From NCBI GenBank assembly GCA_963668625.2, contig CAXXKA010000006.1, forward strand, positions 800,001-864,000: 64,000 nucleotides of DNA, written 5' to 3'. Each line of letters starts with the position of its first letter. Position 1 is the stretch's first letter. The translations under genes and the position numbers were made by a program. Positions 50,093-60,621 of this stretch are shown in pieces. Below the pieces are notes generated by a model, which was given only the letters and a program-made list of their open reading frames with translations, made no database searches and was not told the origin of the DNA. The stretch is from an uncultured candidate division Zixibacteria bacterium. Lineage in GTDB: Bacteria > Zixibacteria > MSB-5A5 > UBA10806 > 4484-95.

Positions 50093-51292
50093 TTATTCTT
50101 CCAATATAGAGGGTTGCCTGAGTACCCGCGCCTCGGTTGGTAGAAGTTTGAATATTTTCAGGCCGAATCCGAACATGAAACCTATTATACCGAACACTCC
50201 GATTGCCTGGAGCACCTCGAGGAAACTTATCGAATACGAGGCGATTCCCTCCTGTATGACCGACCGGGTTATCTCCATGTTAGGAAATAACTCCGCCGGG
50301 TGGGTAAGCCCCGGAATTACGATAACGTAACGTTCGCATAGCACGCCGAAAATCACCAGGCTGGAGGCCAGTACTATCCACTTGATAGAGCTGCTACGTT
50401 TTTTATTGAACAGTATGAACATGGGGATGACACAACCTACGAATATCAGGCCGAACCAGAACAGCAAGCTGTGCACGCCGCCGAACAGGTAGTACATTGC
50501 AGCTTGCCGAAGCTCGATCACGTAGGCACGATAAGCGTTTTCGACGAATAGAAAGTAAACCACCACCAGTATACAGATAGCCAGGAATCGTCCCAGCCAG
50601 ATTATGAGTTCATCATCCAGGTGACGTTTGGTGACTTTAAACAAGGTAACGATTAGTATTATCATCAAAGCAGTCCCGGAGGCCATAGCGGCCGCGACGA
50701 AGCTGGCCGGCAGCAGGGGAGACTCGTATAGTACTCGCGCGCCGAACCCGAATATCGCCCCGGTGCCTGAATGTACGCAAAATGCCCAGCCGAAAGCCAG
50801 TGTAGCGATCACTTTAGTCAAGGTTCGCCTCTCGGTGAAAAGCGCCCAGAGGTAAACAACACAGATTAAAATATGACCGATATAGAGAATCGGGTTGATC
50901 GAGAACATAGACTGAAGGTTGAAATGCACGAACGGCTCGACAAAAACCCGATCCATTCGACCCTGATCTGTTAGGATGGATAACAGCCCGGCTATCAGAA
51001 ACATCATAGCGACATACACGGCGATACGCGCGAACGGTTTGTATTCGAGTTTGCCGAAAACGCCGTACAGTCCGGAGATAACCAGTGAACCGGCTGATAG
51101 GCCGATATAGTAAACCGCCATTACTATTTGAAGTCCCCACGGTACGCGGGAATACATACCGGTCACCCACAATCCTTTATCGATAATGTATAATGTCGAG
51201 ATCAAACCGGTAATCGCGAAAGCCGCGAAAGTAATCATCACAACCCTATACACGAACGAGTTGCCCTCAATGCTTTCGAATTTTATCTCCAT
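50093..51292 (-). CDS. dsrP: NrfD/DsrP-family integral membrane subunit
   Basis: GLWVTGM...PWGL...YYIGLSAGSL, DQGR, HSGTGAIF, ERY.IVIPG. Confidence 0.82.
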   Translation of the reverse strand: MEIKFESIEGNSFVYRVVMITFAAFAITGLISTLYIIDKGLWVTGMYSRVPWGLQIVMAVYYIGLSAGSLVISGLYGVFGKLEYKPFARIAVYVAMMFLIAGLLSILTDQGRMDRVFVEPFVHFNLQSMFSINPILYIGHILICVVYLWALFTERRTLTKVIATLAFGWAFCVHSGTGAIFGFGARVLYESPLLPASFVAAAMASGTALMIILIVTLFKVTKRHLDDELIIWLGRFLAICILVVVYFLFVENAYRAYVIELRQAAMYYLFGGVHSLLFWFGLIFVGCVIPMFILFNKKRSSSIKWIVLASSLVIFGVLCERYVIVIPGLTHPAELFPNMEITRSVIQEGIASYSISFLEVLQAIGVFGIIGFMFGFGLKIFKLLPTEARVLRQPSILEE

Positions 51293-51317
51293 AATTTACC
51301 TCGTTATTCCCGATTTC

Positions 51318-52058
51318 CTATAAACCGACATAGTAAACTTTCGGATTGGTACCCAGATCCTCCCGCAGTCTCTTAACTGCTGCGTTTCTGACAATGTGGG
51401 AGATTTTACTGTCAGGATCATTGAGGTCGCCAACCAGCAGGGCGTTTGCTCCAATGCGATGGCATACCTCAACACACGCCGGGAGACGACCACTATCCAG
51501 GCGATGAGCGCAAAGGTTACACGATTCGGCAACGCCATGCGATCTTTTGGGGTGGTCTTTATTATTCCAGTGCTCGTTCTCCTTGAAATTGAATGATCGG
51601 GCGTTATACGGGCAGGCGATCATGCAGTAGCGGCAGCCTATACAGCGGTGATGATCGACAATCACTATGCCATCCTCGCGCTTATAGGTAGCCTGCACGG
51701 GGCAAACCTGTGCGCAGGGCGGATTATCGCAATGGTTGCACATCAGTATCACTGATTTCTCGGTGGTTTCGTGCCCGACTTTGCTTTCGAGCTTGACCTT
51801 GCGTATCCAGTTTACATCCCAGCGGTTATCATCGAAATGAGCCACATTGTTTTCCTGACGGCAGGCATCGAGGCAGGCTGTGCAATTCTCGCGGCATTTG
51901 GTCATATCGATGAGCATTCCCCATTTCTTGCCGGCTAAAGGGCTGCCCTCGCTATCCCCATGTATTATCGAGGAGGTCAGGAAACGGAAGGCATATACGC
52001 TGGATGCGCCTATCAAGAAGGTGCCGCCGGTAATTTTTAGAAAATCTCTTCTATCCAT
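51318..52058 (-). CDS. dsrO: Tat-exported 4Fe-4S protein DsrO
   Basis: MDRRDFLK Tat motif; CNHCDNPPCAQVCP, CIGCRYCMIACPY, CNLC...PACVEVC. Confidence 0.88.
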   Translation of the reverse strand: MDRRDFLKITGGTFLIGASSVYAFRFLTSSIIHGDSEGSPLAGKKWGMLIDMTKCRENCTACLDACRQENNVAHFDDNRWDVNWIRKVKLESKVGHETTEKSVILMCNHCDNPPCAQVCPVQATYKREDGIVIVDHHRCIGCRYCMIACPYNARSFNFKENEHWNNKDHPKRSHGVAESCNLCAHRLDSGRLPACVEVCHRIGANALLVGDLNDPDSKISHIVRNAAVKRLREDLGTNPKVYYVGL

Positions 52059-52082
52059 ATAGAATACACCTCGCTAACGATT

Positions 52083-52451
52083 TTATGGGTAATAGTGACA
52101 GCCGTAACAATCTGGTGTCATGCTTACCGAACTGTGACATTTGTTACAGAACTGCATCCTGTTGGTGTGGCAATCGCGGCATCTGCTCAAGCTGATATCA
52201 CCGCGTTTGCCATAGCGTACGAACTCCTCGCGTACCGATCTTAGCAGCTCCCAGTGGTGGTGACGCATATACTCGGTATCTTTCAGGCATTGCTTGTATT
52301 TAGGGTCGGGCATCTCGAGGAATGGTTTCGATTCCAACGTGGCTTTATGAGATGGATAAGCGATAAGGCTGTATGCAAACGGGAAGAGGATAATCAAAAT
52401 CGGAATAATTATTATAATTTTCGAGGATTTGTTATTGGATACTTTGCTCAT
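52083..52451 (-). CDS. dsrJ: Triheme cytochrome c DsrJ
   Basis: C...TEYMRHHHWELL...R, three CxxCH motifs (CRDCH, CNKCH, CYGCH). Confidence 0.85.
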   Translation of the reverse strand: MSKVSNNKSSKIIIIIPILIILFPFAYSLIAYPSHKATLESKPFLEMPDPKYKQCLKDTEYMRHHHWELLRSVREEFVRYGKRGDISLSRCRDCHTNRMQFCNKCHSSVSMTPDCYGCHYYP

Positions 52452-52460
52452 ACGATCCCC

Positions 52461-53723
52461 CTATCGTTTGATATTAGCAGTTGCAGTTATTTCCGACTCG
52501 ATCTTCCTGCCGGTATGCTCGGCATATACCAGAGCTACCGTACGGTAAACTATATGCGCCAGCTTGGAATAGGGCAGGTATAGCAAAAGCGAGCAGACGA
52601 ATACCAGATGAATGAAATAGGCTATATGACGATGTGGCTCCAGCCTGACATAGTGCAGCGCCTCGGTGATAAAGCCGGTTAAGGTCACGATGAATATCAC
52701 GGCGATCAGCGTCCAGTCGAAATAGTGAGAGGCTGAGGTGTTCTTGCGTTCGCGAAAGCGCTCGAATATCATTACCGATAAACCGCCCAACACCGATAGC
52801 CCGCCGAGATTCGCCAATATCTTCCATGGGCTGAAAAAGCCGAATGGATATACGAAACCATCCTGAGTGAGCGGGTTGATGCTCGAGGTTATAATCCAGA
52901 ACGTAACCGCAGATAATGCTATAAAACCGAAAAAGACACACATATGCGACCAATAACGGGTATGGTTCGAGGTACATTGATCGAAATTCTTGTGAATTAT
53001 TACATTACCGATTGCTGTCAGAATGCTGGAGCCGATACTTTTTACCGGCTTGATATTGTAGTATCTACCGGAGGATGATTTGAGTGTTTTCCAAAATCTG
53101 CTCGCACCGATCGTGATAGCTATCAGGGCCAGCCCGGTTATAATAAAGAAAAAACTATTAAGCAACCAGTGGGGGAAGATGTTGGAATAATTGAATACGA
53201 TTTTGCTTTCGGTGAATCCCGAGATGCCCAGCGTCTTTTCAAGCGGGTCTTTAAGGAATAGCGCTAAACTGAGTAAGATTATCGGTATAGCAATCATCAT
53301 GAGAGCTGCCGCAGGCTGGTTGGCCCATCTGCCTAAAAAACGCGGGAAGGAGTACTGCTCGATTCCATGTTGCCTGATAGCCGCTAAAACATCCCCGGGT
53401 TTGGCTCCCCGTGGGCATCTGACCGAGCAGTCGTTGCACTGGTAGCAAAGCCAGATATCGACATCGGTCATCAACCTGTTTTTCATCCCCCAGCTTGCCC
53501 AGGCCATCTCTTTCGAGGGAAACGGGCTGTGATCGGGCGACAGGGCGCAGGTGCTCGAGCAGGTGCCGCATTGCATGCATAGCTTGTATTGATCACCGCC
53601 GCTTTTGGATAATGCCCTGATGAAATCAAGATCTGGATCGACTACAGACGGCTTGTTGTTGCCTGATGATTCAGGTTGAGCCTCCGGTTGCCCCTGTTTC
53701 TGAATGTTCGCTGTATCCTGCAT
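52461..53723 (-). CDS. qmoC: QmoC (HdrC-like FeS + membrane heme b domain)
   Basis: CMQCGTCSSTC, WLCYQCNDCS.RCPRGAKPGD, YLPYSKLAH.VYR. Confidence 0.9.
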   Translation of the reverse strand: MQDTANIQKQGQPEAQPESSGNNKPSVVDPDLDFIRALSKSGGDQYKLCMQCGTCSSTCALSPDHSPFPSKEMAWASWGMKNRLMTDVDIWLCYQCNDCSVRCPRGAKPGDVLAAIRQHGIEQYSFPRFLGRWANQPAAALMMIAIPIILLSLALFLKDPLEKTLGISGFTESKIVFNYSNIFPHWLLNSFFFIITGLALIAITIGASRFWKTLKSSSGRYYNIKPVKSIGSSILTAIGNVIIHKNFDQCTSNHTRYWSHMCVFFGFIALSAVTFWIITSSINPLTQDGFVYPFGFFSPWKILANLGGLSVLGGLSVMIFERFRERKNTSASHYFDWTLIAVIFIVTLTGFITEALHYVRLEPHRHIAYFIHLVFVCSLLLYLPYSKLAHIVYRTVALVYAEHTGRKIESEITATANIKR

Positions 53724-53797
53724 AACACTCTCATTGTTTTTCCGTGATGTTTAGCCGTTGATGCTCCTTTGTTTTATCTATATATGTTAATACTGTA

Positions 53798-56071
53798 TTA
53801 CATTCCCTTGAACGGGTTCATGCCGATTTCCTCGATCATCTCGGCGAAATTATTGAATATCTCCGGCAGCTTATGATAGTCCGATATTTGCAGCTGGTGA
53901 AGCTCCAGGCGTTGATCCTCCATCGACATCTGCTCCAGTTTTTCCCGAATATTTCCGCTTCGGTAATCTGCCAGCTCGCTGCCCTTGCAGAAATGACACT
54001 GGTAATCATCCCCGTACTTACAGCCGATTAGTATGACGCCATCATAGCCTTTCGATATCGCCTCGGTAATCCAAACACTATTTACCGATCCCAAACACCT
54101 GATAGGAATCACCCTGACAAACGGGCTGTAACTCAAGCGATGTTGCCCCATCAAATCCATAGCCGGGAAAGCATCATTTTCGCACATGATAGCCAGTATC
54201 CGGGGTTTCTCCTCGAACTCATCGGGAACCTCGATAGCCTGAATCATCGAGACGATTATATTAACCGAGAAATCCTTAAACGATACGATACGTTCGGGAC
54301 AGGCGCCCAGGCATACGCCGCATCTACGGCAGCGGGTTGCCTGAAGTAATGGCGTGCCTTTGGTATCTTCGTTTAATACGCCGAACGGACATTCCTCGGT
54401 GCAGCGTTTGCACTGAGTACATTTTTGCAGGAAGAAATCGGGATACGATTTATCACCCGCCCGGGGATGAACGGCCTCGCCTCGGGAGGTCATCTCGATA
54501 CACTGGATCGCTTTCAAGGCCGCGCCGGTAGCGTCCTCGATACTGTTGGAGCTATCCATGGGCGCGCGCACGGCCCCGGCAGGGTAGATGCCGGTACGGC
54601 GGCTCTCATAGGGGAAACAGATGAAATGCGAATCGGGGAAACCGTATTCCAGCGTCGGCAGGTCTGGTCCCTGACGGTATACCAGGTTCAATATCTCGGT
54701 TTTATCATGAGCCGCCAGTTCATCTATTTTGTCCTCGGCGGTTTTGCGCTGAGTATCCGTTTCACCTTTAATCATTGCTATTTTGGCATCCTCGAGCGCG
54801 CGTATTTTCTCACCATCGGCGGAGTTTGGTACCATCCCGGTAGCCATCACGATGAGGTCGACGCTAACCTGAATCCGGTCGCCGGGCATCGTGTTCTTAG
54901 CGGTGATTATCAACTTGCCATCCTTGCTTTCGCTGACCTCGGCGATATCGCCGCGCGTGAAGAATATGCCCTCATCCTCCTGCGCCGCCCGGTAAAAATC
55001 CTCGTACAATCCGGAGGTACGGATGAACTCGTAAAATATGAACGCCTTTGTATCGGAGCCTTGCTGACGGAGATACATGGCTTGTTTTATCGAGGTCAAA
55101 CAACAGATAGAGGAGCAGTATGAGTGATGTTCTTTATTGCGCGAACCGCCACATTGTATGAAGGCGATAGATTTGACCTCTTTGCCATCGGAGGGACGGC
55201 TTATCTTACCATAGTTTTTAACCATCTCCTCAAAATCAACGTTACGTATTACATTGTTGAATTTAGCGTAGGGTAAATTGCTGTCTATGGCCTTTGGCCT
55301 CCAGCCGGTCGCTTGAACGATAGAACCTACCCTGAAAGTATCAAGCGGCTCGGCATCGATATTGCCGTTTTCGGAAGGTTTAACCGTGACATCGAACAAG
55401 CCGGGCGCGCCCTCGATACGTGAGGTAACCGCCGATTTGAATACTTTAACACGCTTGTGATGCTCGACTTGCTCGATCAATTCGTTAACACCGACATCCT
55501 CAAGCTCACGGAACGGCGGTTTCGTTGGAATGGATTTATGTTGTTTGCCAAGCCAGCCGCCGAGCTTATCGGATTTCTCCACCAGTTTGACTTTATAGCC
55601 GGTATTGGCCGCTTCCAGGGCCGCGGTTAATCCGGTGATGCCGCCGCCTACTACCAGGATATTCTTGTTGATCTCCTCCTCGGATTTAAACGGCTCGAGC
55701 GGCTGCATTTTTTTGATTTTAGCGATATACATGCGCAGGTAGTCCTCGGCCATCATCTGCGTATCCTCCTCGTTGGGAGGCTGGCACCAGACCACATGCT
55801 CACGTATGGGGATTTTCTCGACTATCACATCCGCCGGAAACATATCATCACTGTATTGACGGGGTGATACGCCGGCGATAACCACCTTATTGAGCTGCTG
55901 GCTTTCTATATCGCGATTAATCGATTCTATATCGGGTATCTCGCATGAATCGATTTTCTTACAGAAAGGCGCCTTGTGCTCATCGGTGGCTACCTTACAC
56001 AATGCCTCGATATCGATTGCCTCGGCTATTCCATAACCCGTACATATGAAGACACCTATTTTATCCTCCAT
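53798..56071 (-). CDS. qmoB: QmoB (HdrA-like FAD/FeS + MvhD-like domain)
   Basis: GGGITG, CSSICC, SHFICFPYE.RRTGIY, CTQCKRCTEECP, CENDA...RCLGS, GCKYGDDYQCHF. Confidence 0.92.
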   Translation of the reverse strand: MEDKIGVFICTGYGIAEAIDIEALCKVATDEHKAPFCKKIDSCEIPDIESINRDIESQQLNKVVIAGVSPRQYSDDMFPADVIVEKIPIREHVVWCQPPNEEDTQMMAEDYLRMYIAKIKKMQPLEPFKSEEEINKNILVVGGGITGLTAALEAANTGYKVKLVEKSDKLGGWLGKQHKSIPTKPPFRELEDVGVNELIEQVEHHKRVKVFKSAVTSRIEGAPGLFDVTVKPSENGNIDAEPLDTFRVGSIVQATGWRPKAIDSNLPYAKFNNVIRNVDFEEMVKNYGKISRPSDGKEVKSIAFIQCGGSRNKEHHSYCSSICCLTSIKQAMYLRQQGSDTKAFIFYEFIRTSGLYEDFYRAAQEDEGIFFTRGDIAEVSESKDGKLIITAKNTMPGDRIQVSVDLIVMATGMVPNSADGEKIRALEDAKIAMIKGETDTQRKTAEDKIDELAAHDKTEILNLVYRQGPDLPTLEYGFPDSHFICFPYESRRTGIYPAGAVRAPMDSSNSIEDATGAALKAIQCIEMTSRGEAVHPRAGDKSYPDFFLQKCTQCKRCTEECPFGVLNEDTKGTPLLQATRCRRCGVCLGACPERIVSFKDFSVNIIVSMIQAIEVPDEFEEKPRILAIMCENDAFPAMDLMGQHRLSYSPFVRVIPIRCLGSVNSVWITEAISKGYDGVILIGCKYGDDYQCHFCKGSELADYRSGNIREKLEQMSMEDQRLELHQLQISDYHKLPEIFNNFAEMIEEIGMNPFKGM

Positions 56072-56075
56072 AACC

Positions 56076-57335
56076 TCACTCTCCTTCATTCAGGCATTGA
56101 ATAGCTTTCAGTGCGGCCGAGGTAGAATCCTTTGTCGCCCGCGAAACCTCGCACGGATGCTTGGCGCAGCCGACAGCGTAAATACCGTTGCCGTTCGCGC
56201 CGTTGTCTATGAATCCGTATTTATCATAATTGACCTCAACCGGGAATTTCAGTCCCTCGGTATTGGGTACCATACCGGTTGCCAGCACCACCATATCGAA
56301 TTGGTCATGCAGGTTCTCTCGAGTGATAGTGTCCTCGACATCAAGGATGAGATTGTGATTATCTCTCTCGGAGATTTCAGCCACCTTACCTTTTATGAAA
56401 TTGATATGATCATCATCAAGGATGTTGTAGTAGAATTTCTCGTGACGGCCAACTGCGCGGATATCTATGTAAAACATGGTTGCTTTAGTGTTTTCGTTAC
56501 TCTGCCTGAGATATCTCATATGTTTAAGCGAGGCCATGCAACAAACAGCCGAGCAGTAGGGGAGATGGTTGTCATCCCGGGAGCCCGCGCATTGCACGAA
56601 CGCCACGTTCTCCGCCGGTTTGCCATCGGAGGGGCGAAGTATTTTACCGCCGGTGGGGCCGCCCGCCGAGGCGAAACGTTCCATCATGACATTAGTAATT
56701 ACATTAGGGAATTTGCCATAACCGAGGTTGTCGAGATTGTTAGCGTCGTAAGGATGCCAGCCGGTGGCTACGATTATCGCGCCGACATCGAAAGCAATCA
56801 CCTTATCTGTCATTTCCAAATCGATTGCTCCCTCAGGGCAGATTTTCAGTATGTTGTCGGCGTCCTCCTCGGAAAGCGCCTCGCGATCGAGCATGTAGGT
56901 AGAGGGATATGCCATATCATGAGGTATGTACAGGGCTTTGGTGTTATCCAGGCCATAGTTGAAATCGTTTGGCCGTTCGGATTTCAGCTTATCGGCCATT
57001 TCCTCATCGATAGGTTTCCGGCCGGTTACATATCTTGGCTTAAGCCTTACTTTCACCCGGAAATCTCCAACCTCGCCGGAGATTTTCTCTACCTCGGCTA
57101 AAGTGTGTATTGTAATCCGGGGATTATTTCTGATTCTCCTGGTGTTGATTTCGAAGCCGCAGGTGGGTGGGCACATTTTGGGGAAATAGCGGTACATGCG
57201 CATTACCCTGCCGCCCAGATATGCCTCTTTTTCGACAAGTATAACCCGATAACCTACCTCGGCTGCCTCGACTGCCGCAGTTATGCCTGCAATTCCACCG
57301 CCAATTACCAGAATTGGTTTCGCATTGTTATTCAT
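56076..57335 (-). CDS. qmoA: QmoA (HdrA-like flavoprotein)
   Basis: GGGIAG, YFPKMCPPTCG, QCAGSRD..HLPYCSAVCCMASLK, AALKAIQ. Confidence 0.92.
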   Translation of the reverse strand: MNNNAKPILVIGGGIAGITAAVEAAEVGYRVILVEKEAYLGGRVMRMYRYFPKMCPPTCGFEINTRRIRNNPRITIHTLAEVEKISGEVGDFRVKVRLKPRYVTGRKPIDEEMADKLKSERPNDFNYGLDNTKALYIPHDMAYPSTYMLDREALSEEDADNILKICPEGAIDLEMTDKVIAFDVGAIIVATGWHPYDANNLDNLGYGKFPNVITNVMMERFASAGGPTGGKILRPSDGKPAENVAFVQCAGSRDDNHLPYCSAVCCMASLKHMRYLRQSNENTKATMFYIDIRAVGRHEKFYYNILDDDHINFIKGKVAEISERDNHNLILDVEDTITRENLHDQFDMVVLATGMVPNTEGLKFPVEVNYDKYGFIDNGANGNGIYAVGCAKHPCEVSRATKDSTSAALKAIQCLNEGE

Positions 57336-57958
57336 TTTTATCTCTCGAATTAAATATTGATATCATCGATGTTTCACCTTGCGCTGATACTAGTGGACCG
57401 TAGAGTCGCATTATTTCCGGTATAGTTGTCCGTTCAGTCATTTTTAAAAAAGAAAATAATAAACGCACGATAACCGGAGACCGGCTGTAATACCACTGTG
57501 ATAGTTTCCCTGTTGTATTCTTATTTTCAAAGAAAAACAGAAATTATATTGTAATGTCTCTGGTGCTAATCTTGTAAATTGATATTGCTAACTTAACCTA
57601 CGTTCATATCAGAAATTTGTCAAGAGTTTTTTATTCGATTAATATTACACTTTATGTTCGCATAGTAAAAATAACGAACTCCGATTGTACTAAAATTATT
57701 AAGAAATATAGCAAGAGTTAACACGATTCACTATACGAGTTTTTGATAAGAGATATTAATTTGTGAATCCCGAATCGGCGCTACACCGGTTTTTGGGGGC
57801 AGATAGATACTAGATATTGCATTATAAGTTATTTAAATTGTATCAGAGAATATTTAACCTGCTCAATCAGACCTATAAAATGCCGAAATCTATAACAAGT
57901 CGTGATATCTCGGTTAGGTCTAATATTTTACGCGTGTTTCGTTGGAGTGATCGATTAG

Positions 57959-59701
57959 GTGATAAAAATCAAACTTAATATGCTGATTATTGGTTCGCAG
58001 TATAAAACCATTAATAAAATTCGCGCTATTCTAAAACATACCGAACAAATGGATGTTAAAGTTACTTACTCGTACAGCTTTGCCAATGGCCTGGCAAAAT
58101 GCCGGGATAATCATCATGATATTATTCTGATAAGCAAAAGCACCGAGAGTTATACCGAATTGGAGATATTGGAAACTCTCAGGCATGAGGGAGATGATCG
58201 CCCGATCGTGGTTATTTCCAGTATCTATGATGACAACCTGGCGGCTTCACTCATTAAGGCCGGCGCGGATGATTATATGCGTGCGGATACTATTGATGAG
58301 GGCTCGTTTTTAAAATCCGTAAGATATGCCCTGGATCGTTCTCGAATGCGTTTGATGTTAAAACGTGCCCAGCAATTGGAACATCATATGGCCTACCATG
58401 ATCAATTGACCAATCTTCCTAACCGTCAGCTTCTAATTGACAGGCTTCACCAGGCAATCAATCAGAGCCTGCGTTCGGGCGTGTACATGGGGGTTATTTA
58501 TCTGGATTTGAATGAGTTCAAGGATGTTAACGATACACTGGGCCATAAGATAGGTGATTTGCTGTTAAAGTCGGTGGCCGAGCGTCTGAAGCATAGTATT
58601 CGCCAGAGTGATACGGTATCACGGCTGGGTGGGGATGAGTTTATGGTAATACTAAACGGAATCGCCGGCCCTCGCGATGCCGCGCGAGTTGCTAAAAAGA
58701 TCAATATCGAACTGGCTAAACCTCATAAACTGGAGAACCATTCAGTCAGCATGTCAGCCAGTATCGGAATCAGTATTTTCCCGTGGGATGGCGACAATGT
58801 CGATTCGCTTATGAAAAACGCCGATAAAGCAATGTATTTGGCCAAGCGTTACAACACCGGGTACCAATTTTACCATCGTACCATGAACGAGCAGGTTGAG
58901 GCGAAAATCAGACTCGAACGAAACCTGTTAAACGCCCTGAAAAATGACGAGCTAGTGCTTCATTTTCAGCCCATACTCGAAACATATAGTAATAATGTCA
59001 GCGCTTTCGAGGTACTATTAAGATGGAACCATCCCGAGGTTGGCATGATGTATCCGATCGATTTCTTGCCCGTGGCCGAGGAGAGCGATCTTATCCAGAA
59101 GATTCAGAGCTGGGTCATAAATGCCAGTATAGGGTATCTTGAAGAAATTAGAAAATTCAATTATACTGCCAAATTTTCCATTAATGTATGTAATCGGGTA
59201 AATCAAAGAGACGATTATAAACAATGGTTCGATTATAAAATCAGCGAGTTCGGAAACTACGCGGAAAATTTCATACTGGAATTTAACGATCCAACCTCGA
59301 TGGAAAATATAGATGATTTATCGATTTTGCTAAGGCAGGCTAAAAAAAACGGCCTTCAGGTTGTGATAGATAATTTCGGTAGCGGTTTCTCCTCGCTGGC
59401 TTTATTAAATAATTTACCACTTGATATGGTCAAAATCGATAGATCGCTTTTGAAAGTTGATTCTCAATCGTTAAATGATATTCAATTACTTGATGGCCTG
59501 GTTGATTTGACTCATCGCATAGGGCTAAAATCGATAGCCTCCGGAATAGAGACAAAGGAGCAGGATTTGTTCGCCGACAGGATAGAATGCGATTTGAAAC
59601 AAGGTTATTACTACAGTAAACCGTTTCCCGGCAGTCAATTGAAATCATACATAAGTAATTCAATGAAATCTGCGAAACAGACGTTCAGCCAGGTAAAGTG
59701 A
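57959..59701 (+). CDS. Pseudo-receiver/GGDEF/EAL protein
   Basis: HDQLTNLPNR, RQSD I-site, RLGGDEF; the EAL domain reads EVL, DNFG, ASGIET. Confidence 0.88.
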   Translation: MIKIKLNMLIIGSQYKTINKIRAILKHTEQMDVKVTYSYSFANGLAKCRDNHHDIILISKSTESYTELEILETLRHEGDDRPIVVISSIYDDNLAASLIKAGADDYMRADTIDEGSFLKSVRYALDRSRMRLMLKRAQQLEHHMAYHDQLTNLPNRQLLIDRLHQAINQSLRSGVYMGVIYLDLNEFKDVNDTLGHKIGDLLLKSVAERLKHSIRQSDTVSRLGGDEFMVILNGIAGPRDAARVAKKINIELAKPHKLENHSVSMSASIGISIFPWDGDNVDSLMKNADKAMYLAKRYNTGYQFYHRTMNEQVEAKIRLERNLLNALKNDELVLHFQPILETYSNNVSAFEVLLRWNHPEVGMMYPIDFLPVAEESDLIQKIQSWVINASIGYLEEIRKFNYTAKFSINVCNRVNQRDDYKQWFDYKISEFGNYAENFILEFNDPTSMENIDDLSILLRQAKKNGLQVVIDNFGSGFSSLALLNNLPLDMVKIDRSLLKVDSQSLNDIQLLDGLVDLTHRIGLKSIASGIETKEQDLFADRIECDLKQGYYYSKPFPGSQLKSYISNSMKSAKQTFSQVK

Positions 59702-60605
59702 TTTCTGAAATTTGATCCGGTGTTTCTATAGCTATTTTTTTGAGCTCGATCCGCTTTTTCGTGTCATACAGTTGTTCGAGATATTTGAATGCCACCACAC
59801 CGATAATACCTATAACTATGCCGGCGATAACATCCAGAGGGTAATGGTATCGGCCGTAAATCGTAGCCAGTATCAGCGTAATGAGTACCGGCGCTAAGGC
59901 CACGAATAGCCTTTTACCATAACGAAAAACCAGGATAAACATGACCGTGGCCGCCGAACAATGTGCCGAGGGGAAAGCCCCGCCTTTAAGCATATGATCC
60001 GATTCCAGCATTTTGGTGAACGATCGGAATATGTAACCTTTCAGCTCGACCGAATACATATCGGCCATAGCCACCCGGGGGCCAACTACTGGAATCAGCG
60101 AGTAAAGCACGTAGCAAATAAAAAACGAAATTAACAGCGAACCCAACAGATGTCGCCATTCGTTATCGCGATGGGTGGCGTATAACCAGATAGTAGTGAA
60201 CGGGATCAGTAGCAGGTAGACAGAGTATGAAAGCAGCATCCACTCGGTAAGAAGGGGATGATAGTATTTCTGCACCCAGATAGTGGGGTGTACTCCGAAA
60301 AACCAATTCTCCAGATCGATAATATAATCATCGAAAACACCATCGAAAAACATATGCACCTGATGCCCCGCTACCTGGTAGAAAAACACGGTAAGCACCA
60401 CAGGATAGAGGCTGCCGATAAATTTACACACCCTGTTTTTGAATCTGATTCTGAGGAATATACTGATTAACGTAAGCGCCAGGCATCCCGAGTAAACCGA
60501 AATGATATAATACGGGTCATCGAGATTATAACCCAGTAGCGATACGTAAAGTATCTGAAATATGCAGTAACTGATCACTATCAGATCGATAAGTGTCAGT
60601 TTCAT
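59685..60605 (-). CDS. PAP2/Aur1-like membrane phosphatase or phosphotransferase
   Basis: PVVGPR, AFPSAH, RYHYPLD; multiple TMs. Confidence 0.82.
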   Translation of the reverse strand: MKLTLIDLIVISYCIFQILYVSLLGYNLDDPYYIISVYSGCLALTLISIFLRIRFKNRVCKFIGSLYPVVLTVFFYQVAGHQVHMFFDGVFDDYIIDLENWFFGVHPTIWVQKYYHPLLTEWMLLSYSVYLLLIPFTTIWLYATHRDNEWRHLLGSLLISFFICYVLYSLIPVVGPRVAMADMYSVELKGYIFRSFTKMLESDHMLKGGAFPSAHCSAATVMFILVFRYGKRLFVALAPVLITLILATIYGRYHYPLDVIAGIVIGIIGVVAFKYLEQLYDTKKRIELKKIAIETPDQISEITLPG

Positions 60606-60621
60606 GATTTGCTCTTTTAGT

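Noticed and set aside
54425-57101. Long + strand ORFs 54425-55123 and 56046-57101
   Set aside because: Antisense to well-supported qmoB/qmoA, with no recognisable motifs.
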